A stretch of DNA of 64,000 bases from Selaginella moellendorffii (Eukaryota; Plantae; Lycopodiophyta), in NCBI RefSeq assembly GCF_000143415.4, contig NW_003314274.1, positions 142,483 through 206,482 of the forward strand, given 5' to 3'. Below are positions 51,001-64,000 of this stretch, piece after piece. The number at the start of each line of letters is the position of its first letter. Position 1 is the first letter of the stretch. The notes below the pieces were generated by a model that was not told the DNA's origin, made no database searches, and worked only from the letters and a program-made list of their open reading frames with translations. The position numbers and the translations under genes were made by a program.

Positions 51001-53422
51001 CACAATTCCTTTATGGAAGAAGAAAAAAGAGAGAATTTGATTCTCTTACAAAGATAAAAGGGAAGGGAGGCGAGTCAAACGAGTTGGAGGAAGACAAATT
51101 CACCTAGTCTGTGCGTTTGTTTCTTGATAGCACCACCATTGCTACCACCACCACCCCCACCACCGACGACGCTTTGGATTTGTTTCTATCACTTGCCATA
51201 CACGAGGACTTGCAAGGTTTTTATATTCGCCAGTCCCCACGTTCCATTCGACACTAGAATTCTAACATATTAGCTAGAAGGAAACATGTCAGTGTGATGC
51301 TACTGCTCCATTCTGGAATTGTTTCCTTCCGTGACAGAAACCATCGCTCTCCAAGTTTAAACAATTTGCAGTGATGATCTACTACTTGACATCAGTTACC
51401 ATGACGACCAGCTGATCAAATCAAGACTAACCAGATGGAGGTTGACAAGTTATGAACTATTGTTGTTTTCAAGTTGTCTTAAAACATCCATCCGGGCGCC
51501 TGGCCATCGCTGTTTTCACCGGCCAATGCGTGGCGGGGCCAAATCCTAAAGCACAAATGGCCAGGTAGGCAAAGACGCGTTCCGTACGCTTTGCCACCCA
51601 CGTACGGAGGAAAGCGATGGCGAGACAGGTCGGGAGGACGAACAAAGCACGCCCGTCTTTTTGGAGACAGGCCCTTTGGTTGGTGCCTTGAGACGGGACC
51701 GCTCTTGGGCATGTTCCTTGGGGCAAAGAAAAAAAAAGGTGGAATAAAAGGGGGAAAAGGGGGGTTAAATCCATAATAAAAAATTTCATCTTTTTCTCGT
51801 GTTGTGGGACCTGGAAACCAAAGGAAGATTCTTGTTATTGCGGGGGAATTTTCGACCTTTGCCTTGATATTGTCTTGATTTTGCTAGACTTGAATAAGCC
51901 GGAAAATCATGAGAGGCAGATGGCGTGTCGAGAAAATGGTTACAAAACCTTTGACTTTCTGTAGATTGGATCATTTTCTTCTTTTTCCCCGGACCGCTTT
52001 CTAGCAACTGACTTTTGGAACCACGATGTTAAAAAAAAAAAACATAAAAAAAAAAGGTTCGCTCACCTTTTTCATTTGTTTTTTAATTGATTAAATTTTG
52101 TCTGTAGTTGCATTCCCTTTGACCCCACATCAATTTCTCAGATACAAGTGTTTGTAAAATCTTCAAATACTTCTTTATTTTTAATTTTTAATTTTGTTCT
52201 TGTTTCGGCTCTTTTTTCTTGTGAGTGCTGTTGTAGCTGACTCGAAAGGAACAGAATCTCTTCCCACTCCTTGAGTTGAGTGGTGTGGTGGGCTGTGAGT
52301 ACAACAGCACACAATGCGGCACCCACATTCTGCTAGAAAATCTTCTTTCCTCCAAGAAAACTGAAGAGAAAAAGCAAAAGCTTCAAATTTTTCTTTTTTC
52401 AAGAAAAAAGAAATGAAAAAGAAGTGGAAGGGACCTTAAGCACTATCTAGCAGCTACAATCATTGTGGAAGGAAATGCTGGATCCTCTATGGCAATCCTT
52501 GCAAAGTTTGTATCTCAGTGTTGTAGGGTGGTGGTGGAACTAAAAAAGAAACCACTGAATGGAGATCTCAAGCTTTCTCATCTAATAATAATATCAATGT
52601 TAACACTACTGTCATTGAGACGTAGTTACAAGAGAAGCTTCACAGATATCTCTCGTCTAATAATAACATCAATAGTAACAGTATTGTTGTTGATCAAGCA
52701 TGGTGGGTCTAGCCAAGATTCTCAAAGCCTTTAAACTCCATCCACATTTTCTTAAAGCTGCGGGAAAAACAAACTTGTACAAAAGGAGCAGCGGGATTTC
52801 CTTGACTAGAAAGAAAAAACACCACAATAGAGATTTTTACTGGAACGGAGGCCGCTGTGATTTGAACAGCGCACCAAATTATCAAATCAGGAAAAGTCAT
52901 TGCAGCGGAAAAAGAATCATCCACCACTTCCCATTCAAGGACCATCGAAGTTTGAAAAAAATTTCGCGTCGACTTCGCTTTGTCACAAATCTCCATCCAG
53001 CCTTTCCTTTCCGGAGAAATGACCACAAACAGCACGCCACCCCACATAATGCAAGGGAGGATAGAAAATGGATGCCCCGCTCGAGTAGTCCTGGAAGGAA
53101 AAGATGAAAAGAGAAATACCTCACTGATCAGTCTGTCATTCACGGCCTGGACGGACAGACGGAAGAAAGAATCGAAAGGCTTGTGCACTGTCGTTTCAGT
53201 TGCAAGAGACGAGCCGGCTCGTAACAGAGTCTTTTCTCGTTTCTGTCCCCGCAAGACCGTAGCGTTTGCTTATCTCTTCGCTCTGTCCCGATGGAAACTG
53301 TCCAGTCCTGTAAAGGGCCTTGTCAATACGTCAAAAAGGAGCCGGAAAGACAAGTTTCATACCTTTCCATGCTTGCTTGTCCGACACTCTGCGTCTCGTT
53401 CTCTGTTTTCTCTTTTGCTTTC

Positions 53423-54694
53423 TTAGTTCGGAAGCCGAGGGTCGTCGTACAGGACGACGGACTGCGATAGCTTGATGGATTCCAAGGGCCGAGATGGAGG
53501 AGGAACAGGAGGAGACGCTCCTTGGTTGGAGTTTTGGCCGCCTTCGCTTCGAGTGTGCCACCTCTTTTCCAGCTCGATCTCGTCCGCCTGTGTGGAGCTG
53601 GCCACCAGGTGTTGGTCCGATTCCAGCTCCTCGGGCAAGTTCTTGACGCTCCCGTAAGCCACTTGTTGCACAGGGGGGCGATAATACACTGCGTACAGAA
53701 TGAGCTGCAGCGTGGAGAGCAGGAAGCCAAGCCCATCCGATATCTGCAGAGTACGATAAAGAAAAGAAAGGCCAGTTCCATTATTGAGGCACCGTGGAAA
53801 GCAAAACAACGTGTATCTACCTTGCGAGTTTTTTTTACCGGGAGCTCAAGAGCTTTTGGATCAACTTACAATGACAAAGATGTCGGGTCCAAGTATACCA
53901 TAGACAGTCCACGTAAAACCGCTGCAAAAGATGGCCAGGGAGAGGAGGAACGGCATGTATTCGACGCTCCTGGTTCTGATTACAAGGCCCTGCCGAGAAA
54001 TCGTGTTTTTGAGTAAAGAAAACGTAGAAAAGAACATGACGGACCATGATAGACAAGGGAGCGGCATAAGCCAGAATGGAAGAAATAGTGGCAATCACGC
54101 CGGCAAAAGTTTCTCTCTTGCTCTGCCGAAGAAATGCCATTGTTATAATTATATCCATGGCGAAGAGGATGACGGTCGTGACAACCATTACTGTTGTCCT
54201 CGACTGGAAAAAACAAATGGAGGGAGCAAAGAAGGAAAAGAGAAAAACATCACCAAATCAAATTGAGGAATAAAATTGGAGAGTACCTTTCTTTCAGGTG
54301 GAGCGTAAATGAAGAACATGATAACGTAGATGGATTGCAACACCACCTGAATCGCACTGATAATAAAGAGGAGAAGGTTCTGGCTCGTGATGAATGGCAA
54401 TGCATACCAAGCCCAGAATAAATTGCACAAGATCGTGGTTATATATGGGAGCACTGAGAAATTCTCAGTGTCCTTCCTCTTGTAAATCCGGTAGAATGTG
54501 GGTCTAGAAAAAACCAACCAAGGTAAAAGGACATAAGCATAAACGCTTTACATTGGGGCTAAACTGGAGAGAATCGTAGTGATGTTGCCTGTGGAGACAA
54601 AAGAAAAAAAACCCTTTCGATCAGAGGGAATGTAGTTGCGCCCGCCGAAGATCTCACCCAGAACGCCAAATACGATCCTCAATTTCTTTGTCAT
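53423..54694 (-). CDS. SWEET: SWEET transporter paralog, 6 exons (54658-54694, 54552-54588, 54287-54503, 54045-54203, 53870-53989, 53423-53743), 296 aa
   Basis: [33 protein letters not shown]...AAPLSIMGLVIRTRSVEYMPF...QLILY; all GT-AG; same internal exon sizes as 222-1495. Confidence 0.95.
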
Positions 54695-54760
54695 TCTCGC
54701 AGCATCGTGATCTCTCTCCTGAGCCTCCCCCGCCCAGACCTAAAAAGAAACTTCTTCCAT

Positions 54761-54780
54761 TTTAGGGCTAGGGTTTAGGG
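54761..54780. promoter_or_regulatory. Telo-box-like motif (TAGGGTTT) immediately before the bL36 start codon
   Basis: TTTAGGGCTAGGGTTTAGGG abuts the ATG; telo-boxes are common at plant ribosomal-protein genes. Confidence 0.6.
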
Positions 54781-55147
54781 ATGAAGGTGCGATCGGCTGT
54801 GAAGAAGCTGTGCGAGCACTGCTACGCGGTCCAGCGAGGCCGCCGCGTCTACATTGTGTGCAAGGTGAATCCCAGGCACAAGCAGCGCCAGGGCTACTCC
54901 ACTGATGCCGCCCCCGCCTCCAAAGAGCTGGAAAATTCGTCTTCAAAGGTACACATTCCCCCTTCCTTCTTTTGTCTGAGTTTGTTTCTAGGTGGAGCTC
55001 AAGGAGCCCAAGACTCAGCTGAGCAAGTAAGAACTCCACTATCTTGTTAAACTTTTGTAATGCTGCAGGGATAGAAGCGACTCTGGATTGTCTTGGTTCT
55101 TCTCCAAGTTCTCGCTGGAAAATGTTTTCATGAAGAGCAAATACTAG
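54781..55147 (+). CDS. RPL36: Nuclear-encoded organellar (probably mitochondrial) ribosomal protein bL36 with C-terminal extension, 3 exons (54781-54948, 54992-55026, 55069-55147), about 93 aa
   Basis: [14 protein letters not shown]...[20 protein letters not shown] is the L36 zinc-ribbon signature; GT-AG introns keep the frame to ...KSKY*. Confidence 0.9.
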
Positions 55148-55223
55148 AATCTTTTTGTGAAGGAGATTAATCTCAATCTCAAGCCCTTAATACCTAGTTC
55201 AGAAAAGTCTAAAATCATAAATA

Positions 55224-55226
<3 letters not shown>

Positions 55227-55254
<28 letters not shown>
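55227..55254. repeat. (CT)n microsatellite
   Basis: Visible run. Confidence 0.9.
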
Positions 55255-56806
55255 ACACAAAGTAATTATAATAGTGTAATATTTGGACATTTAATTGAAA
55301 CTTTAATCCATTCATATATTCCATTGCTCTTTTTTTAAATTTTAATTGCATTTCTTTTTTTATTATATTACTTTATTGTTGATAAAGGAGTGTGTCATTG
55401 AGGCCATAGATATTGCTCTATTATCCTCAATATTGTTCTTGCTACTATGTCACATATTGATTATGCATTTTATATCAAAGTTCATAGGGTAGGTATCAAT
55501 TTTATAATTTATTATCTGATATTTTTTTAACTCTTTCTATGACTTTTCATTATGTTAGTATGTAAACTTTTGAATTTTGACTTCCCAGGAAATCATCATA
55601 CTCAAATTCAAGGATACTTAACCTTAAATAATTTAAGACTCTTAACTGATTGGAAAATATAATGCACTCTTATTTATTAGCCTTTTATCTCAAGTTGTTC
55701 ACTCTTTAGTTGTTTATATGGTATTTTTTTTATAATGTGTATATAACTTAAAATTTTGCTTTTATCTCAGTTTTTTACCAATTTTAGTTTTGAATATTCC
55801 TCTATTCCACCACTTGTAATAGCATTTTGAGTTAATTGTTGTTTTCTAATTGTGATTATTGCTGACTTATAGTTGTTGTTGAGGAGTTTATTTATTCCCT
55901 AAAGAGTGTTGAGGAGGTTAAGTGGTGTGAGTCTCTTCCTATTCTAATTTTGGCTTAAGTATTTTATAATAAAATATCCCATATTATCTTATCTTTATAT
56001 TTGGACAGTCTCTTATGATATAAGTTCTCTAGTTATCTAAACCTTTGGCATATCATTTTCTTTTTCTTCTTATTTCTTTGTTTTCAATTTAACAACTACT
56101 CACATTCTTCTTTCAATACTTTACCCACTTTTTTTTCTTCCACTTTATTTTTTCCTTTAATTTTTCTTACTTTCTCCTTTTAGTCATGATACTTCAAACT
56201 TTTAACTCTTTGAAGTATGGGATGGACAAGAGTTAGGTATTAATGATGAAGTGAGAATGATTGACAATAGTATTGGAGTAAACACAAATGACATGAATTG
56301 TAGAGTGAGGATGAATATAATGAATTTGAATGAAATATTTAGCTCCAATGGAGTGAAATTGAGTGCATATAATAATAGAGTGAAACTAAAAACATATAGC
56401 AAAAGTGCAAGAAGTTTGAACAAAACTAATACTTCATAACATTTTTTTTTCTTTTGAGGAGGGGATAATGAAAATGTGAAGGATAAATGGACTAGTGAGT
56501 CTAACCTCTAATGTACAGTATCATAAGTTTAAGTTAACATTGGTCTTGAAAGCTAACTAGAGGGATAATATATTAATAGATTCTGTTATTTGCTGTAGTA
56601 GTGTTTTATGGATTGTTGTTACCCTTGAAATGTCTTGCTTTGGTTCATAGCTATGGCTTTGATGTTGGTTAAAACATTTATCACATGCACATAGAGTTGC
56701 AACTAATTCTTCAGTATTTCAAATTTGTTACTATTTATGTTATGACTTTGGGTTTAATTTTGTCATAGATCAGTGGTTCTATAAAAGTTTAAGTTCTTGT
56801 AAGGGC

Positions 56807-56815
56807 ATATATATG

Positions 56816-56890
<75 letters not shown>

Positions 56891-56927
56891 GTGTATATGT
56901 ATATATGAATATGTGGGATATATATGG

Positions 56928-56971
<44 letters not shown>

Positions 56972-57071
56972 NNNNNNNNNNNNNNNNNNNNNNNNNNNNN
57001 NNNNNNNNNNNNNNNNNNNNNNNNNNNNNNNNNNNNNNNNNNNNNNNNNNNNNNNNNNNNNNNNNNNNNNN

Positions 57072-57151
<80 letters not shown>

Positions 57152-57186
57152 TTACACACATACATACACATACATATACATATATA
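56807..57186. repeat. Compound (TA)n/(GT)n microsatellite spanning a 100-N assembly gap (56972-57071)
   Basis: Visible runs and Ns. Confidence 0.95.
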
Positions 57187-57441
57187 TGGACGGATGGCCT
57201 AATATTTGAAAGACAAGACTGTAATGTAGGTGGTCTTGGACTACCAATGTGACAAGGGTGAATAAGCATGGCCTTAGTGTAACGGGCTGATATATTAGTG
57301 GTACCTTTGGGTGTCGGTCATGGGATTGAACACGTGGAGCACTTGGACTAAGTGCAAAGGCTGAGTGGTATAAGTGCTATTCACGGGGCTAACAAGTCCC
57401 CAAGTTCAAAATAGAGGTTGTGAGTGAGACTTTTCCAAATG

Positions 57442-60400
57442 TGTAAGCCACAAATTTTTCCCTTCCAATTTGCCAGCTTACCTCGTTTATTTGACCAATG
57501 CTGCCTTGGCTTTTGCTAAGTTCCCTCACCAAGGTTCCCACTTATTGTACCAGCTCCTACTTAGTCCTACTTGGTTTTAATTACTTACTACACGAGCAAC
57601 AGGGCATTAGCCATCCATCCATGGATTCCCAAATCTCTCCTAATCCCCCTCCCCAGGTTAGACTGGATTTAAGGTTCGGCTACACTCCCCGCAGGCACAA
57701 GCAGCCAAGCACACCAAGCCTCCAAGTTTCTAACATCCCTTGGTACAACAAGACTTGATCTTGGGATCCTCTAAATCCCAAGCCTTGGGTGCAACACTTG
57801 CTTCGGGGCATTGGGGCGAAACACCGTGGCCTAACGGCCTGGTATGGGTACCTATACCCCCCAACTTCTATCCCGAAGGGAAGGCCCAAGCCCCTAGGAA
57901 GGGTGAGGACCAATGAGTCACAAGGTACTCAAGTGGGGCACCAGTCCACATGAGTTGGGAGCACCGCAATCGGCTTCCCTTTCGAGAGTGGGAGTTGCTC
58001 TTGAGCGCTTCCCTGGGTGGCCCCTCTGGCACCACCCAAGTCCATGCTCACTCCCACCCAAGGTCCCTTGGCCCCAGTCTCAACCTCAAGTCAGTTTGGA
58101 AGCACCATTGGAGAATTCCTTCAAGACTGGTTCCTGGACCTCACTATCCCTACTATATTTTTGGAACCCCCTGCAGCCCCCCCCCCTCCTAGGAGAAGCA
58201 CGCTTTGGGCTTTCACCCCTTGACCCATATTAGTACTCGGACGCGGTCTTGGACTCGATCTCGGACTCGATCTTGGACTTGATCTCAGACCTGACTTCGG
58301 ACTCGGTCTTGGACTCGATCTCAGACCTGATCTCGGACTTGACTTCGGACTCGACCTCAGACTTGGTCTCAGACCCAATTTAGATCTCAGACTCTATCTC
58401 GAACTCGGTCTCAAACTCGGTCTCCGATTTGGCCTTGGACTCAATCCTGGACTCTATCTCAAACTCGGTCTCAAAGTCGGTCTTGGACTTGATCTTCGAC
58501 TCAGTCTCATCCGATGAATTCTTTGTCATTTCGGTCATGCTTTCGGGGATCCTTTAACCTACAACACCTCGGGGAGTTAGTTCCTTACAATTCCACCACC
58601 CATAGAAGAAGTTCAATGCCCATATCGAACATCTCTTTTTTATCCTACGACTTGTTCACCATGTTTTCAGGGGCATTCCCCCACTTAGCGGTGTGCCTAA
58701 ATTAGCCTCCCCGGCTAAGAGCCCATGACAACGGACTATAGGTGTCCTTATACCCCTCACCCCACCATGCCCTAGTATGGGGTTGGGACTTAAACCCAGC
58801 CTTGCTTTACTAGGGGGTTGGGACTCGAACCCAACCTCCATAGAATACATTTATGGATTCGACATCCCCGCGGGGAGTCAAGCATAGTTCTCTACACCTG
58901 GTTGACCTAGCTAACCCATGCTAATTAGCTTACTTTGGGCGTGCCTTGCTCAACTTCACAAATTAATACTTTAATTGAACTTTGCATAAGTACATAGTGT
59001 TCTGCCTTGCAGAAATTCCTCCACTAGATCTCGTGTGTTCACTAGGTTCTCTTTCGGTTCCCATGTTGCTTCGCAGAGTGGAAATCCTTTCCACTTCACA
59101 TGGAACTCCCTCACCTCGCGTCCTTGTCGCTTGCTCTTGCGCGCATTGAGGATGGGCTCGACTTCGTATCCTCTTCCCCTTGGATAACCTCAGGTAAAGG
59201 TCTTACTTGGTCCTTGTGAAGCGGATCTTCAAAGTATGGCTTGAGTAAGTTCACGTGGAACACTGGGTGCATCTTCCCCATCTCTCGAGGAAGTTGGAGA
59301 TGGTAAGCCACTTTACCGATTTGTGCCTCAATCTCGTAAGGCCCCGTAAACCTGCTTAAGGAACTCAAGATCAATTCATTTACAGGAATACATGTATTTT
59401 TACCTTTGGGTCAACTTTCGGCTGATCCCACTTGGTAGCCTAAGGTTCTTGGTGTTTAGCCACACCTTCTCTCCAACTTGGAACCCTACATTCCGGCGCT
59501 TTGGTTCGCGTACTTGGTTTGCCTTTGTTGAGCCCGTTCCAAAGAATCCCTCACTAGATTCCAAATGTTGAGTCTTTCCGCCGTAAATGCCTCCACTATA
59601 GGTAACTCTCCATGATACTCGGCCACACCGAGTTCCACAAGACCTTCAATAGCTCTCCCATTGATGACTTTCACCTTGATACTCGAATATGGTGAGTTGT
59701 TATAACACATTTCCGCAAGTCCCAAATGACTTACTCAATCAGTTTGGTCTCCCTAGACATAACATCGCAAATAATCCTCCAATTGCCTATTCACCCTTTC
59801 TGTTTGTCCGTTTGTCAAGAAGTGTTAGTGCCATCAAACTTGATTTAATACCCAATACCTGTCTGTGGGTGATAGGCTATGCTGAATTTCAACTTAGTGC
59901 AATACTGTTCCAGGAGAGTTCTCCAGAACTTACTAGTGAAGATTTATCTCGATCTGAGATAATCTCTTTTAGCCTTCCCCGCACTCGAACCACTTTTTCA
60001 AAGAACAAGTTTGCCACACCTTCCGCATCCACTTCCGTTGTGGTGGGTATGAAATGTGCCATCTTCGAAAATCGGTCCACCACCACGAATATCGCATCGA
60101 ATCTCTCGCTTGGGGGGAGCCCCGTGATAATGTTCATTGTAAGACATTTCCACGGACGATATGGAATTGGGATGCTTTGTAACAAGCCCCCACTTGCCTT
60201 AGTCATGGCTTTGACCTGTTGACATGTTGGACATGTCTTTACATAGTCTTGGACGTCCTTAGCCATATCCGACCAGTGATACTTCCTCTTGAGTAAGCCC
60301 ATTGTCTTGGGCACTCTGCCATGTCCCGCAAGAGGTTTGTCATGACACTCTTCTAATACTACCTTCCTTAGTTCCCCTTCTAGAATATACACCCTCGTTT

Positions 60401-63210
60401 GCTTGTAATAGATGAGTCCATTGCGTTCCGCATAGCCCGTTTTCTCTTCTGTTGGTAGCTCACCTCTCTGGTGAGCTTCTCGTGCCTCTAGATTCCTCAG
60501 CAACACTTCTTGTGTTAGACCATCGTTCTCATATGCTGTCTGCACATTATCCCAAAAGGTTGCTGTCGCGCTGGATATCGCTAACTTCAAGCTTGCTTTT
60601 TGACTTAGTGCATCTGCCACGGTGTTGCTCTTTTTAGGCTTGTATAAAACCTCGCAATCAAACTCGGCCAAAGAATTGGCCCACCGACCCTATTTCCCTC
60701 TCAGGTCGGGTTGTGACAAGAAGTGTTTTGTTGCCACATTATCCATGTAAACCTTGAAGTGTCTCCCAAGGTAGTGTGGCCACTCCTTGAGCGCCTTGAC
60801 CACCACAAACAATTCCTTCTTGTGGGCAGGCCACTTCTGTTGAGTCTTGTCAAATTTTTTCGAGAAGAATGCCATTGGATGGTTGTCTTGCTTCAAAATT
60901 GCGCCTAATGCAAAGTTTGAAGCATCTGTTTCTACCTCAAAGTACTTACCAAAGTCTGGTAACGCCAACATGGGAGCCTTCCTCAACTTCCCTTTGAGGT
61001 GGACAAATGCCGCTTTGCATTCTACTGTCCATACCATCTTCTCTTTTCCCATTTGGTCCATTAAAGGTAGGGCTACTCTCGAATAGTTTTTGATAAACTT
61101 TCGGTAGTAGTTATATAGTCCCAAGAATGCCCTTAACTCGTGTACATTCGATGGTCACTCCCAATTCTGGATCACTTGGACCTTCTTAGGGTCCACTTTG
61201 AGCCTATCCTTACCTACCACATGCCCAAGAAACTTTACCTCTTGTTGAGCAAAGTCACATTTGCTCTCTTTAGCATACAGCTGATGTTCCCTTAGTTTCT
61301 CAAACACCTTTGTCAAGTGTTCAGCATGCTCCTCTAGCGTTTTGCTATAGATTAGGATGTCGTTAATATAGACAACCACAAAGTGATCCAGATAGGGTAC
61401 AAAGATGTGGTTCATCAATGCCGAAAATGTTGCCAGCGCATTGCATAACCCGAAGGGCATCACCAGAAACTCAAAGCTCCCATACTTTGTTAGACATGTT
61501 GTTTTCTCGACATCTTCCTTTGCTACCCTGATCTGGTAGTATTCTGACCTTAGGTCAATCCTTAAGAAGTATTTTTCTTTTCCCAACCTATCGAACAAGT
61601 CCTCAATCCTTGGCAAAGGGTACTTGTTCTTCTTTGTATATTTGTTGAGCAACCGGTAGTCTATGCACATGCGCATAGATCCATCATTCTTTTTCACAAA
61701 TAACACTGGTGCCCCATATGGTGATTTGCTCAACCTAACATACCCTTTGTCCACCAACTCCTCTAGTTGGCGCTTAAGCTCCTCGAGTTTTTTTTCATTC
61801 AAACGATAGAGGGGACAAACCACCGCCTTAGCACCCTCAACTAGCTCAATCTTATGTTCTATCGGTCGTGTCAGGGGCAACCCCGCTGGTAGCTCCTCTG
61901 GCATGGTATCCTGGAATTGGTTCAACACCCGCTGGATCACTAAAGGTACTTCTTCCATTCCTGTCTTTTTGTCACTCTTTACCGAGAGTAAGCACAAAAA
62001 TGCTACCTTGGTTCCTTTAGTGAGTTGTCCTCTCGTGGACACTAGGTTTAGGCAGGAATCTTTGGCCTTGCATTGCCCTACCTTTAGATTCTAGGCCTCC
62101 ACCCTGGATCTTCTTTCTTGGGCATTCACTAGTACCACAAGGTTCTTACCTTGTCCATATAGGGCTACCATGAACCGATTGAACCAATCCATCCCGAAGA
62201 TCACGTCAAATCCCGCCATATCTAACACGGTGAAATCCATGTTTACTTTCCATGTCCCTACTTCAACTCTCGCTTGTCGAAGTACCTCATTGGTGCTTTG
62301 GCTGCCTTGAACAAACTCTATAGTCTTTGGTTCGCCCAACTGCTACATCGTTAGTTTGGCTTGCCGGACTATGTTTGCAGCCACAAAATTATCTGAAACA
62401 CCCATATCAATAAGGATCTTAACAAAGCTACCTCCGAGCTAACACTGTGGCTTAACGGCGTGGTATGGGTGCCTCTACCCCCCCACTTCTATCCCGAAGG
62501 GAAGGCCCAAGCCCCTAGGAAGGGTGAGGACCAATGAGCCATAAGGTACTCAAATGGGGCACCACTCCACATAAGCCAGGAGCACCGTAGTCGGTTTCCC
62601 TTTCGAGAGTGGGAGCTACTCTTGAGCACTTCCTTGGGTGGCCCCTTTGGCACCACCCGAGTCCATGCTCACTCCCACCCAAGGCCCCTCGGCCCCAGTC
62701 TCAACCTCAAGTCAATTTGGAAGCACCACTAGAGAGTTCCTTCAAGACTGGTTCCTAGACCTCACTATCCCTACTATACTTTTGGAACCCCCTGCAGCCC
62801 CCCCCCCCCCTAGGAGAAGCACGCTTTGGGCTTTCACCCCTTGACCTATATTAGTACTTGGACTCGGTTTCGGACTTGATCTCAGACTCGATCTCGGACC
62901 CGACTTCGGACTCGGCCTCGGACTCGATCTCGGACCTGATCTTGGACTCGACTTCGGACTCGACCTCGGACTCGGTCTCGGACCCAATTCGGATCTCGGA
63001 CTCTGTCTCGAACTCGGTCTCAAACTTGATCTCAAACTCGGTCTCCGATTTGGCCTCGGACTCGATCTCAGACTCTATCTCGAACTCGATCTCAGAGTCG
63101 GTTTTGGACTCGATCTTCGACTCGGTCCTATCCGATGAACTCTTTGTCATTTTGGTCATGCTTTTGGGGATCCTTTAGCCTATGACACCTTGGGGAGTTG
63201 GTTCCTTACA
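57442..63210 (-). mobile_element. Ty3/gypsy chromovirus, internally deleted and decayed
   Basis: TGTAAG...CTTACA termini; 5-bp TSD AAATG (57437-57441, 63211-63215); full 3' LTR 57442-58589; truncated 5' LTR 62441-63210; PPT from 58590. Confidence 0.93.
58995..62440 (-). pseudogene. Disrupted pol of the chromovirus: protease, RT, RNase H, integrase, chromodomain
   Basis: ILIDMGVSDNF; [32 protein letters not shown]; ETDASNFALGA; HDKPLAGH...CPTC, VVDRFSK, IISDRD; GPY, HPVFHV; VKWKGFPLCEATWEPKENL. Confidence 0.95.
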
Positions 63211-64000
63211 AAATGGTTGGAGGTGTGGTTAAGTGACTAAAGTAAAATAGAAATGCTTACAATTTAGTATCAGAACTGTTCCTTATTTCAACTTTATTGG
63301 TGGTCAAGTATATCACCACTTGATATTAGCATTATAAGGCCCCAAGAGTGGGTCTTCCTCGAGGAGTAGCATGTCGAGAGGGCATGACTCTCCATCTTAG
63401 TTTATACATGAAAATATAAGCAATGCCATGCTAATAAGGGAACGACTTTAGGATTTTAAGAATAGTATAAGGTTTTCCTTAGAGAGTTGAGGATGTGATC
63501 CATAAAAACGTTTGACTTAGCAAATTGGATAATGTGGTTGTAATAAACAACAATAGTTGAGATCACGAGAATGATAGAAACTCTTGGATGATAAAAAAGT
63601 CATAAGATTATCCTTATATAATTGAGGATAGTGCTCAAGAATTTGAGAAGGCGACCTTGCGTTGGCGACAGGAAGCTGCACTGCCGTCTTGCCGGGGCGG
63701 GTCGTCCGGGAGTTAGTGACAGTAAAAGGTCAAATATGGATGAGGACACAAGTCCACTTGAAATGGTAACCGAGGCTACTTTTAATAAATGTTGGAACAA
63801 CCCAAGGAGTTAGGGGTGTACTTAGAGGATGAGTTATATTTTTATCATATGGACAAATAATCCTAAGGGGCAAATGTAGCCTACACAGAATAAAGAATAA
63901 TCAAGTGTTAAAGTAACATTTACAAAGATGGTCCTTGTTAAATAGGGCTTTTATTCACTAGAGAAAAACCAACTCTGAGTTGAGTTTTGTTAAGGCACAC

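Larger units (their letters stand above)
57187..64000 (+). mobile_element. Older diverged copy of the LARD family, split by the chromovirus: LTR 3' part at 57187-57441 and 63211-63261, then decayed PBS and interior to the window end
   Basis: 57190-57440 aligns with about 25250-25515. 63216-64000 aligns with 25520 onward, including CTTACA-ATTTAGTATCAGAAC versus CTTACA-ATTTGGTATCGGAGC. Confidence 0.88.

Noticed and set aside
56779-57269. YIYIYI / CVCVCV ORFs
   Set aside because: Microsatellite translations across an assembly gap.

Overview
Eukaryotic land-plant genomic DNA with very short introns (about 45-60 bp) and tight gene spacing. This plus an axoneme-type beta-tubulin suggests a seed-free plant, plausibly the lycophyte Selaginella (inference). 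Intact genes: two paralogous clade-I-like SWEET transporters at opposite ends (222-1495 +, 53423-54694 -), a beta-tubulin, a DTX48-54-type MATE transporter and a nuclear-encoded organellar ribosomal protein bL36. About 5.5-37 kb and 57-64 kb are nested transposons: an old Ty3/gypsy element with short LTRs, a tRNA-Ala-like PBS and a -1 frameshift pseudoknot; a young non-autonomous LARD-type LTR element; a TRIM; a decayed LINE; and a chromovirus inserted into an older LARD copy. Intron-retaining pseudogene fragments of a BIG ARF-GEF and carbamoyl-phosphate synthase large subunit lie at 37-44 kb. The most unusual object is a 7.1-kb DNA transposon (9942-17085; 24-bp TIRs, AGGA TSD) inserted in the gypsy gag. 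It carries a truncated Sola-like transposase, a divergent spliced gene for an FCP1/NIF-type HAD phosphatase-domain protein, and about 12 dispersed copies of a 22-bp palindrome. Both SWEETs lack the two conserved sugar-binding asparagines and have an acidic residue at the TM7 position. Family assignments come from recalled motifs, not database searches.
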